Below the pieces are notes generated by a model, which saw only the letters and a program-made list of their open reading frames with translations, did no database searches and was not told the origin of the DNA. Shown piece after piece: positions 7,371-14,898 of a stretch of DNA of 24,000 bases; position 1 is the first letter of the stretch; the number at the start of each line of letters is the position of its first letter. The position numbers were made by a program, and so were the translations under genes. Location of the stretch: positions 1,742-25,741 of the forward strand of contig JACRHC010000072.1 in the NCBI GenBank assembly GCA_016217675.1. The letters are read 5' to 3'. The stretch is from Nitrospirota bacterium (GTDB taxonomy: Bacteria; Nitrospirota; Thermodesulfovibrionia; Thermodesulfovibrionales; UBA6898).

Positions 7371-9084
7371 GGTTCTCCTTTTCTGATGGCAGCCTGACAA
7401 TGAATGTTGCTCCTTCCCCAATCCGGCTCTCAACATTAATTGTTCCGTTATGGTCCCTTATGATACCGAGACAGATCGAAAGGCCGAGGCCTGTGCCCTT
7501 GCCGACCGGCTTTGTAGTGTAAAAAGGGTCGAATATTTTACACTGCAACTCTTCTGTGATGCCCGGCCCGGTATCTTTCACCCTGATCTCCACATTTCCG
7601 GATGCAGTCTGCCCGGTTGTGACTCTCACTGCCCCGGAGGTATCTATCGCCTGCATCGCATTTAAAACAAGATTAAAGATGACCTGCTCGATCTGGCGCG
7701 GATCAGCCTGTATATACGGGATATCTGCAAGCTCCTGTTCAATGCCGATCCCGCTCTTTTGAGCCTGAGGGGAAAGGAGCCGGACCACATTTTCAATTAT
7801 GGCATTAAGAGATACTGATTCCCTTATTGAGATAGACTGGCGTGAAAAGTCGAGCAGACCCTGAACGACAGAGCTGCCCTTTCTGGCCTGCTCCGCAATT
7901 ATCTCAAGTTTTTCTCTCTGGACGTTACTGAGGGAGTTGTCTTTCAGCAGAAGTCTTGCATAGCCTAACACGTTGCCGAGCGGGTTGTTTATCTCATGGG
8001 CAAGGCCTGCAGACATCTGTCCGATCGCAGCAAGTTTCTCTGCCTGACAGAGCATACCCTGCTGTTGTTTATCATCAGTAATGTCCCTGAAGGTCTGAAC
8101 TCCGCCCAGGGTGCGGCCGTCGCTGTCCCGGATAATGGCGGAGCTTACTGACACGATCCTGCGTCTGCCGTCCTTTGTGATGATCTCTGTCTCCTTGTTC
8201 CTGATCGTCTTGTCCTCATTATGCAGGGCGCAGGCATCGGCGCATAGCCTTGTTTTAAAAACTTCTTCGCAATGCATTCCGAGGACCTCCTGCTCCTTAT
8301 AGCCTGAGATGTACTCGGCAGAGTTGTTGAAGGAGACGATAAGCCCGTCGCTGTTGCTCACAAAAAGACCGTCAGCCAGACTCTGGACAATGGTCTCAAG
8401 CTTGATCTTCTCTGTCTGTATATCTTTCCGGCCTTTCATAAGGTCATTAAAATTCGCATCAAGGGAGGCAGCCATATCATTAAAGGCCGCAGCCAATTCT
8501 TCGAACTCATTTCCTGCATCAAGAATAATACGGTCCTTCAGATTCCCCTCTTTTATTGTCCTTGTGCCTCCGATAAGCGCGGTAATAGGGCATATGAGCA
8601 GGGAGTTGACAATGGCATTGTTTAGCACAAGACCTATAATATGTACGGCAAGAATAAAGACAACCGCTGATATGATGATATTCCGCGAAAGCGCGTTGAC
8701 CCTTGTCATGGCAAAGGATACTTCAACCTTGCCGAGTCCGGACCCGCCTATCTCGATAGGGTAGCTCACCTTCATGGCATCCGGCCCTTCTTTGCCTTCT
8801 TTTGCCTCCGCCAGTACCTCTCCGTCGTCACGCACGATCCTGAGAGAGACAATATCCTTTTCCTCTGCAACCTGCCGGACATAACGCTCCATGGTGCCAT
8901 AGTCATGAGTGAGCATGGCATCCATCGTTACGGTTGAAAGCACCCGTGCTATTGATTCACCCTTGTCCTTCATATCCTCAAGAAGGACCTCACGTCCTTT
9001 ATATATTATGACCGAGATCAGGACCAGGGCAGATATTGTCAGGATCACGCTCAGCCGTTTATAAAAGTCGCTCTTCAGGCTCAT
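7363..9084 (-). CDS. sensor histidine kinase (TM - extracytoplasmic loop - TM - HAMP - PAS - HisKA - HATPase)
   Basis: 573-aa ORF with two TM segments. The HAMP region includes AAAFNDMAASL. The PAS domain carries a Cys cluster (GMHCEEVFKTRLCADACALH). The H-box is SAGLAHEINNPLGNV and the G-boxes are DTGPGI...[10 protein letters not shown]. Confidence 0.9.
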   Translation of the reverse strand: MSLKSDFYKRLSVILTISALVLISVIIYKGREVLLEDMKDKGESIARVLSTVTMDAMLTHDYGTMERYVRQVAEEKDIVSLRIVRDDGEVLAEAKEGKEGPDAMKVSYPIEIGGSGLGKVEVSFAMTRVNALSRNIIISAVVFILAVHIIGLVLNNAIVNSLLICPITALIGGTRTIKEGNLKDRIILDAGNEFEELAAAFNDMAASLDANFNDLMKGRKDIQTEKIKLETIVQSLADGLFVSNSDGLIVSFNNSAEYISGYKEQEVLGMHCEEVFKTRLCADACALHNEDKTIRNKETEIITKDGRRRIVSVSSAIIRDSDGRTLGGVQTFRDITDDKQQQGMLCQAEKLAAIGQMSAGLAHEINNPLGNVLGYARLLLKDNSLSNVQREKLEIIAEQARKGSSVVQGLLDFSRQSISIRESVSLNAIIENVVRLLSPQAQKSGIGIEQELADIPYIQADPRQIEQVIFNLVLNAMQAIDTSGAVRVTTGQTASGNVEIRVKDTGPGITEELQCKIFDPFYTTKPVGKGTGLGLSICLGIIRDHNGTINVESRIGEGATFIVRLPSEKENHG

Positions 9085-9089
9085 GCTGC

Positions 9090-9917
9090 TTACCTGTCCT
9101 CCACGAAATTGACTATATCACGGGCCTGCCTGAAATCATTGTCAGATACAGTCCCGAAACTCTCAAGCGCAGGATCAACACCTTGAAGCACGCGCCTGTC
9201 TTTAATCCCCATAAGAGCAGTCCTGATCTTTGATTTCAGTCCGGCGGGCAGTTTATTACTGCAGACGATCACGTGAGGCGGGATCGCATAAGGCCCGGCA
9301 ATGACCTTGATAGGTCTGTCTCGGTATTTTTCATAGATATCCTCCCGGACCCCACCTGCGTCGAAGTCTTTGTGCGAAACTGCAAGAACCACCTTCGAAT
9401 GGCTGCCTAAAAAGTCATAGGATTTCAGGTCCTTCAGCTTTACGCCTTCCCTGTTCAGGAGATAGCGGGGATAAAAATGGCTGCCATAGGACTGAAAATC
9501 TCCAAAGGCAAAGGTCTTGCCCCTGAGGTCCTTCAGATTTCTGATGCCGCTGTCTTTGTGCGCTATGATGACAAGCCTGTCGTTTTTATTGTCCCGCATG
9601 ACCAGCCGCGAGATAAGTTCCACACCGCCGTATTTGTCCTTTGCCCTGATATAGGGAGATGGGCCCATGAAACCGAGATCTACCCGTCCCTGGCCGATAT
9701 TAATTATGTGGGACATATAATTTGGCGCAATAACGATCTTTACCGGAATGCCGATCACTTTTGAGAGGTGTTTTAGCAGCGGCTCAAAGCTCTGATATAT
9801 CTGCGTCGGTGTGTCATATGGATATATACCAAAGGAAAGTTGTGCGGGCTCTGCGGCAAGGGCAGAGGTCAGAAACAGTTGCATGACAAAAATTACTGAC
9901 ACAAAAAGCTTATTCAT
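9090..9917 (-). CDS. periplasmic substrate-binding protein, PhnD-like (phosphonate/phosphite ABC-type SBP fold)
   Basis: 275-aa ORF with a signal peptide ending ALAAEP. It carries the LSFGIYPY...VDLGFMGPSPY pattern that I associate with PhnD-family SBPs. It is the first gene of the second PBP-kinase-regulator trio and ends 5 nt before the kinase ATG. Confidence 0.75.
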   Translation of the reverse strand: MNKLFVSVIFVMQLFLTSALAAEPAQLSFGIYPYDTPTQIYQSFEPLLKHLSKVIGIPVKIVIAPNYMSHIINIGQGRVDLGFMGPSPYIRAKDKYGGVELISRLVMRDNKNDRLVIIAHKDSGIRNLKDLRGKTFAFGDFQSYGSHFYPRYLLNREGVKLKDLKSYDFLGSHSKVVLAVSHKDFDAGGVREDIYEKYRDRPIKVIAGPYAIPPHVIVCSNKLPAGLKSKIRTALMGIKDRRVLQGVDPALESFGTVSDNDFRQARDIVNFVEDR

Positions 9918-9929
9918 TCACAATCTCCT

Positions 9930-9945
9930 TGCAATCTGCATGCCC
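9930..9945 (-). promoter_or_regulatory. sigma-54-like -24/-12 motif directly upstream of the PhnD-like gene (doubtful)
   Basis: The minus strand reads GGGCATGCAGATTGCA, giving GG-N10-GC with TTGCA at -12. However, the predicted start site falls 2-3 nt from the ATG at 9917. That would exclude the AAGGAG box from the transcript. Confidence 0.3.
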
Positions 9946-10058
9946 GCAGACGTTTTCAGCATAGAAAACATCTTTTGCGGCACTTTCGCATGTCATGCGG
10001 GAAACCAAATATTTGGAATTAATACCAGGCATCCGGAAATCACAGGACAAAGCTGTTG

Positions 10059-10940
10059 TTAAGAGGTCTTTTTTCCTTTTTTATCAATGTACATCAGATT
10101 GTCAGCCTCCTTCAGCGTCAGAACGAAATCGTCGCCCTTCTTCCAAGTGGAGCAGCCTACGCTTAGAGAAAGGCTGAACCCCTCGTAGGAATTATGCTGA
10201 GCATTCCATTTTTCGACCGCGCCGAGGAGCCTCAGTTTTACTGCTTCTGCCAGCTCACAGTCAGTATGGGGAAGGACTATAAGGAACTCGTCACCACCAT
10301 AGCGGAACAACAGATCTGACTGGCGGATATTATATTCTATTAATTTCGCAGTCTCGACAAGGACGAGGTCTCCTGCCTGGTGGCCGTATTTGTCGTTCAA
10401 TAACTTGAACATGTCGAGGTCCACCATTATGAATGATGCGATCTCCTCATACCGCTCCGATTTGGCCAGGAAATTATTGATATACTCGTTAAAATAGGTT
10501 CTGTTGTAGGCATTTGTAAGAGAGTCTCTTATGGCCATGTTGACGATCTTTTCATCCCTGTTTTTAAGGTGATGTATAAGGATGTTTATATTTTCATAGA
10601 GCATGCGAATCTGGTCTGACTCTATCTGTTTCATTACATCGCATTCAAAACAGCTTCTGTATTTCCTCGCAAAATCCCCCTGTACAGATCCACCGCAATG
10701 CGTTCCAACACGAAGCCAGCATCTGCAGTCAGCGTCTCTGAAAGAAGGGCATAACTCATTGCTGCAATTCTTGATTTCCCAGCATCTGATCCTGTTGAAA
10801 CCAAAATCAAAGGCCGTCCACTTCTCCCAGAACGATTCAGAATTCAGGGAGTGTTCAAGAAAAGCCCTCAGTTCCCTGTTGATAGCAGGAAGATACCCCT
10901 GATAAAGCTTGTCGTCTGTTTCCATCAAGTTCTTTTCCAT
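10059..10940 (-). CDS. diguanylate cyclase (GGDEF) with N-terminal Cys-rich CW...CW sensor domain
   Basis: 293-aa ORF. The N-terminal domain is CWEIKNCSNELCPSFRDADCRCWLRVGTHCGGSVQGDFARKYRSCFEC. The C-terminal region is a GGDEF domain with an intact RYGGDEF motif and an I-site RQSD five residues upstream. Confidence 0.85.
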   Translation of the reverse strand: MEKNLMETDDKLYQGYLPAINRELRAFLEHSLNSESFWEKWTAFDFGFNRIRCWEIKNCSNELCPSFRDADCRCWLRVGTHCGGSVQGDFARKYRSCFECDVMKQIESDQIRMLYENINILIHHLKNRDEKIVNMAIRDSLTNAYNRTYFNEYINNFLAKSERYEEIASFIMVDLDMFKLLNDKYGHQAGDLVLVETAKLIEYNIRQSDLLFRYGGDEFLIVLPHTDCELAEAVKLRLLGAVEKWNAQHNSYEGFSLSLSVGCSTWKKGDDFVLTLKEADNLMYIDKKGKKTS

Positions 10941-11016
10941 AATAGTTCCTTTAAATTTTATAAGTAAAAAACAATTAATGGACTGAATTTATTGCGACTC
11001 ATCCCGCAGTCCGATA

Positions 11017-11940
11017 TTAAGAAAAAGGGGCCTCAGGCATCTGAAGTCTTTCCATGATTTCGATAACTGAAAGCAGGCTGTGTTTACAATCCGCAGACAA
11101 GTCCTGAAATTCGAGCCCGCTAAAACAGAATTTCTCTGTTATGCCGGTTTTCTTTACAGTACAATCAATATCTTTAAAGCATTTATCCAGGAAAGAAAAA
11201 GACAGTTTGAAAACCCTGTCTGGTCTTATCTGGTGAGCAGCCCGATCGGACACCTTGAGCCTGCAACCACCTTCGCCCAGGTCAACTGTCAGGGCATTAA
11301 TTGAGCAGTCTTCACCGTCTGCTGCGGTCAGCGTCGATTCCAGTCTGGTCACATATCTCCGGTGCTTTCTCAGGGATATCTTATCCACGGACAGCGGATA
11401 CCGGAAAAAAGCCAGAGGCAGTGGAAATGATTGCACTGCCACGAGGTCAGAATCGAAGATATATGCATCTCCATCCTTGATGTATTTCAGACCATATCTT
11501 CCTTTGCCGAACGGAAGACCGTTAATATAGGGCAACTGGGTTATCAGGTATTCATTGACTTTCCAGCCGGTCAGGTAGCTTAACGACTCTTCCTGCCTGC
11601 CTGTCTTTATGAGAATAGGTAAGCCCACATGGAATACCCTGTTGTGGAGGCTGTCCATGATCTCCTTTGAGGTCTGGAAATTCAGGCCTTCTTCGGAGAC
11701 TACCTGTCTGTAGCATTCACATTCAAGGCAGTTTTTGACCTTTGCTGCAAAGGTCCCCTGCACTACGCCGCCGCAGAAGGTGCCTGCAACCGGCCAGCAG
11801 GCCCTGCCAGCGTACTTCCCGTCATGCATGCCATCGAGTCGTTCCTCTTTTGCAACAGGACAGACACCGAGTTCATTGATTCTCGCTCCATCAGTCTCTC
11901 GCCCGCATTTCTTGATCTCCCAGCAGTTGAGCTTTGTCAT
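11017..11940 (-). CDS. PilZ-domain (c-di-GMP receptor) protein with the same N-terminal Cys-rich CW...CW domain
   Basis: 307-aa ORF. The N-terminal domain is NCWEIKKCGRE...CPV...ACWPVAGTFCGGVVQGTFAAKVKNCLECEC. The middle of the protein is YcgR-N-like. The C-terminal PilZ signature is RKHRR (RxxxR) followed by VDLGEGG (a D.S..G variant). Confidence 0.8.
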   Translation of the reverse strand: MTKLNCWEIKKCGRETDGARINELGVCPVAKEERLDGMHDGKYAGRACWPVAGTFCGGVVQGTFAAKVKNCLECECYRQVVSEEGLNFQTSKEIMDSLHNRVFHVGLPILIKTGRQEESLSYLTGWKVNEYLITQLPYINGLPFGKGRYGLKYIKDGDAYIFDSDLVAVQSFPLPLAFFRYPLSVDKISLRKHRRYVTRLESTLTAADGEDCSINALTVDLGEGGCRLKVSDRAAHQIRPDRVFKLSFSFLDKCFKDIDCTVKKTGITEKFCFSGLEFQDLSADCKHSLLSVIEIMERLQMPEAPFS

Positions 11941-11953
11941 ATCGCAGTCACGA

Positions 11954-13885
11954 TCACCTGTCCAACACCTCCCTGATCTTTTTCAAAAGGTCATTTGGCA
12001 ATACCGGCTTCTGAATGAACTCCGGCCCTTTTTCAAAGACTCCCCTGTCCTGAATAAGGTCTCTCGCATAGCCGCTTAAAAATATTGCCTTTATATCCTG
12101 CCACATACCCCTGATATCTTCGTAGGCATCCTTTCCGTTTTTCTTCGGCATTATCACATCCAGCAGCAGAAGTTGAATGTGGTCCTTATTATCCCTGAAT
12201 TTGTTCACAGCGTCCTCGCCGTCCACAGCCTCGATCACGGCATACCCTGATCCGGCAAGTATCTGGCTGATGAGCGTTCTTACCGTAGGGTCATCTTCTG
12301 CCAGAAGTATTGTCTCTGTGCCCCTGCTTGTTGCTGCGGGCTCTCCTTTCTCTTCCTTTCCCTCAGCTGGTGAAGCGATGGGAAGATAAAGCATGAACGA
12401 GGTCCCCTGTCCAGGTTCACTGAGACAGTCTAAAAAACCTTTATGCTGTTTGACAATGCCAAACACTATTGAGAGGCCAAGTCCGGTGCCTTTGCCGACT
12501 TCCTTGGTCGTAAAATAGGGCTCAAATATCCTCTGTCTGGTCGCATCGTCTATTCCTGTTCCGGTGTCTGACACAGAGATCAATACATATCTTCCGGGCT
12601 CGCCAAAACTGTGTTTCTTGATGAAACGGCTGTCCATGTTAATGCTTCCGGTCTGTATGGTCAGAACGCCTCCATGGGGCATAGCATCCCGCGCATTCGC
12701 TGCAAGATTCATCAGGACCTGCTCGATCTGCCCCGGGTCTGCATTGATCATCATATCCTCTTCTGCAGGTATTATCCTCAGCTCAATGTCCTCTCCGAGG
12801 ATCCGTTCTATCATCTTCTTGAAGTCGGCAATAATGCTGCAGACATTCACGGGTTTCAATTCCATTACCTGTTTCCGGCTGAAGGCAAGGAGTCCTCTGG
12901 TAAGCTGGGCAGCCCTGTTTCCTGCGTCAAGTATCGCTTTCAGATGCTCTGATGAGGCCCCATCTTTTTTTATCTGCCTCTGCATAAGGTCTCCATAACC
13001 TATAATGACACTAAGCAGGTTGTTGAAGTCATGGGCAATGCCGCCTGCAAGCGTGCCGATCGCCTCCATCTTCTGGGCATGTCTGAGCTGCTCTTCGAGC
13101 CTCCTCATCTCCGTGATATTGTTCAGAGTCTCGATGACCGCAGTCACCCTGCCGGCCTCATCCTTTATGGGATATGATCTTGTCTCAATATAGAGATGCT
13201 TGCCATCACTGTCATAGTGTGTATGAATGGCAAGGGAAGGAGCACCTGTCTTAAAAGTGCGAGAAGGAGCGCATTCCTCGCCGTTCCAAAAACACGGTTT
13301 GTCCAGATGATGAGAAACCTCGAAGCAGTGTTTTCCTGTTATGTTTTCGACATGGCACTTCACCTGTCTGCAATATGCCCTGTTCGCCGAGATGATCCGG
13401 AATTCAGGGTCGATTATAATAAACCCCTCGTCTATACTTTCGAGGATGTTCCTCATGAAAGACTCGCTTTTCTTCAGTGCAGAATCAGTTCTTTCCAACT
13501 CCATGAGGGATTGCCTGAGAGACTCCGCAGTTTTTTCTTCTTCAGTTATGTCCCGCAATACTTCGATCATCCGGATTACTCTGCCATCAGAATCTGCTAT
13601 CGGAGACGCCGAGATACTGAATACTTTGGACTGGCCGTCACTGCAATAGTGTGTGTGTTTTAACACAATAGGTCTTCCGGTCGAAAAAACCTCCTTATGA
13701 GGGCATTCCTCAGGTAAAGAACAGGGCGTGGGACAATGATGAGAGATCTCATGGCAGTTTTTGCCTGTTATATCTTCACCACTTACACCACAGAGATGAA
13801 GAGCCGCCTCATTGGCAAAGACTACTTTAAAGTCTTTATCAATTATCAGCATGTAGTCAGTAATGCTATTGAGAATGTCTCTCAT
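11954..13885 (-). CDS. hybrid sensor histidine kinase (PAS-PAS-HisKA-HATPase-receiver), cytoplasmic, Cys/His-rich PAS domains
   Basis: 643-aa ORF with no TM segment. The two PAS domains carry [23 protein letters not shown] and [24 protein letters not shown]. The H-box is [15 protein letters not shown] and the G-boxes are DTGTGI...[11 protein letters not shown]. The C-terminal receiver reads [10 protein letters not shown]...[13 protein letters not shown]. Confidence 0.9.
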   Translation of the reverse strand: MRDILNSITDYMLIIDKDFKVVFANEAALHLCGVSGEDITGKNCHEISHHCPTPCSLPEECPHKEVFSTGRPIVLKHTHYCSDGQSKVFSISASPIADSDGRVIRMIEVLRDITEEEKTAESLRQSLMELERTDSALKKSESFMRNILESIDEGFIIIDPEFRIISANRAYCRQVKCHVENITGKHCFEVSHHLDKPCFWNGEECAPSRTFKTGAPSLAIHTHYDSDGKHLYIETRSYPIKDEAGRVTAVIETLNNITEMRRLEEQLRHAQKMEAIGTLAGGIAHDFNNLLSVIIGYGDLMQRQIKKDGASSEHLKAILDAGNRAAQLTRGLLAFSRKQVMELKPVNVCSIIADFKKMIERILGEDIELRIIPAEEDMMINADPGQIEQVLMNLAANARDAMPHGGVLTIQTGSINMDSRFIKKHSFGEPGRYVLISVSDTGTGIDDATRQRIFEPYFTTKEVGKGTGLGLSIVFGIVKQHKGFLDCLSEPGQGTSFMLYLPIASPAEGKEEKGEPAATSRGTETILLAEDDPTVRTLISQILAGSGYAVIEAVDGEDAVNKFRDNKDHIQLLLLDVIMPKKNGKDAYEDIRGMWQDIKAIFLSGYARDLIQDRGVFEKGPEFIQKPVLPNDLLKKIREVLDR

Positions 13886-13888
13886 TGT

Positions 13889-13920
13889 CTGACTCTCTGA
13901 CTCTCTGACTCTCTGACTCG
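13889..13920. repeat. 4 x 8-bp perfect/near-perfect tandem repeat (CTGACTCT on plus strand; AGAGTCAG in the mRNA sense)
   Basis: The plus strand reads ctgactct ctgactct ctgactct ctgactcg. The array ends 3 nt upstream of the hybrid kinase ATG (13885). Confidence 0.95.
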
Positions 13921-13963
13921 TTTTCTTGATTCATGTGCCACCCCTTGTTCATACTTTATGCCT

Positions 13964-14146
13964 TTATTTTAATGTCCCTTTTACAATAACATCCACCGCC
14001 TCTTCCGGAGTAAGCCCGCGCGCCACGAGCGTCTCCATCTGTCGCTTGTCCACGCTGCTGATAGCGGCCTCATGCGTAATCTTCACAATCTCCATGCAAT
14101 CCACATGCCCGCGCGTGTTAATTGCGGTACTTTCCGCAATGCCAGA
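13964..14146 (-). pseudogene. SufB/SufD C-terminal fragment (gene remnant)
   Basis: The minus-strand translation between an in-frame TGA (14147-14149) and a TAA (13964-13966) is SGIAESTAINTRGHVDCMEIVKITHEAAISSVDKRQMETLVARGLTPEEAVDVIVKGTLK. The HEA...RG...EEA..IV.G pattern matches the extreme C-terminus of SufB/SufD. No upstream beta-helix core is present. Confidence 0.5.
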
Positions 14147-14218
14147 TCAGAGACAGTCCAATGGCGCGGAAGTTCTCTGGCTCTTTTCTAACTAAACCAA
14201 CAGATACAAGCTCGATCT

Positions 14219-14494
14219 TCATGATGGATGCTGACCTTTGACAATCTCGCCCGCAAGCGAATCAATATCGTATAATGCGTCTTGAGAGATATATTTCTTC
14301 TCCTGTGAGTATTGTATCATCTTATCAACGACAGCCCGGAATTCCTCTTTCATGGTAGCCAGCTCACCCATGCCGTCACACCCCTTCTGCCTCTGTCTTG
14401 CGAGCAGATAGATATGAGCATACTCACTCGCATCGGAAAGAAGCCTTGCAAGCTGGTTGTCTGATTTTGATGCCTGTTGAATTGCGTTGAGCAT
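14219..14494 (-). CDS. hypothetical protein (91 aa, predicted helical, no recognisable motif)
   Basis: ORF with a GGGAGAAAAAGA box before the ATG. It is co-directional with its neighbours. I recognise no family. Confidence 0.4.
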   Translation of the reverse strand: MLNAIQQASKSDNQLARLLSDASEYAHIYLLARQRQKGCDGMGELATMKEEFRAVVDKMIQYSQEKKYISQDALYDIDSLAGEIVKGQHPS

Positions 14495-14581
14495 TCTTTT
14501 TCTCCCAATTGAACGGCCCTGCAGTGTGTGCGTGCTGCACTCCGCTGCAAGGCCGTTTCACGGTAACCTGCTGACCGTTTG

Positions 14582-14842
14582 TTAACTACATCCGCAACCT
14601 GCTGCAGCCGGAGCGCCGGCATTCGATGGTGCAGTCTTACTGATAGTTGCAGCGAACTGATCCATCTTTCCCGCAGCGCCCTTCCTGACCGCTTTTGCAA
14701 CTTCGATTGCCTCTGCAATTTCAAAGTCGCTGGCACCGCTTTCCAGTGCCTTCTCAACATGGTACTGCAGACACGGTTGGCAGTTTGCGGTTACTGATGC
14801 CCCGATTGCGATCAATTCTGTAATGCGATTATCAAGCTTCAT
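14582..14842 (-). CDS. carboxymuconolactone decarboxylase (AhpD-like) family protein with CxxC
   Basis: 86-aa ORF. ELIAIGASVTANCQPCLQYHV is the CMD/AhpD-type CxxC helix motif. The C-terminus is Cys-rich (AAGCGCS). A strong GGAAGGAGGTG box precedes the ATG. Confidence 0.75.
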   Translation of the reverse strand: MKLDNRITELIAIGASVTANCQPCLQYHVEKALESGASDFEIAEAIEVAKAVRKGAAGKMDQFAATISKTAPSNAGAPAAAGCGCS

Positions 14843-14898
14843 GGTATATCACCTCCTTCCTGTTTCTATAGACGAGGAAGGGGCAGAAAAAGATACAC

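Noticed and set aside
6033-7436. Track N-terminal extensions of the second activator (to 7436), ccdA (to 16284), hgcB (GTG at 16534), acr3 (GTG at 19403) and the ECF sigma (GTG at 15528)
   Set aside because: Each extension overlaps the preceding gene. In each case a downstream ATG has a better ribosome-binding site, stop-start coupling, or the canonical domain start.
13889-13920. Possible CRISPR-like array
   Set aside because: The units are only 8 bp and directly abutting, with no spacers. This is a simple tandem repeat, not a CRISPR array.
13925-13941. TGGCAC box (minus strand GGTGGCACATGAATCAAG) upstream of the hybrid kinase as a sigma-54 promoter
   Set aside because: The -24 half is perfect, but there is no GC or TTGC element at the -12 spacing (TCAAG instead).
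13926-14195. 89-aa plus-strand track ORF
   Set aside because: It lies antisense to the SufB/D-like fragment. It is hydrophobic and Ser-rich with no motif or ribosome-binding site.
14350-14760. 136-aa minus-strand track ORF
   Set aside because: It overlaps both the AhpD-like gene and the 91-aa ORF in another frame. It is Arg-rich with no motifs and spans the structured intergenic hairpin.
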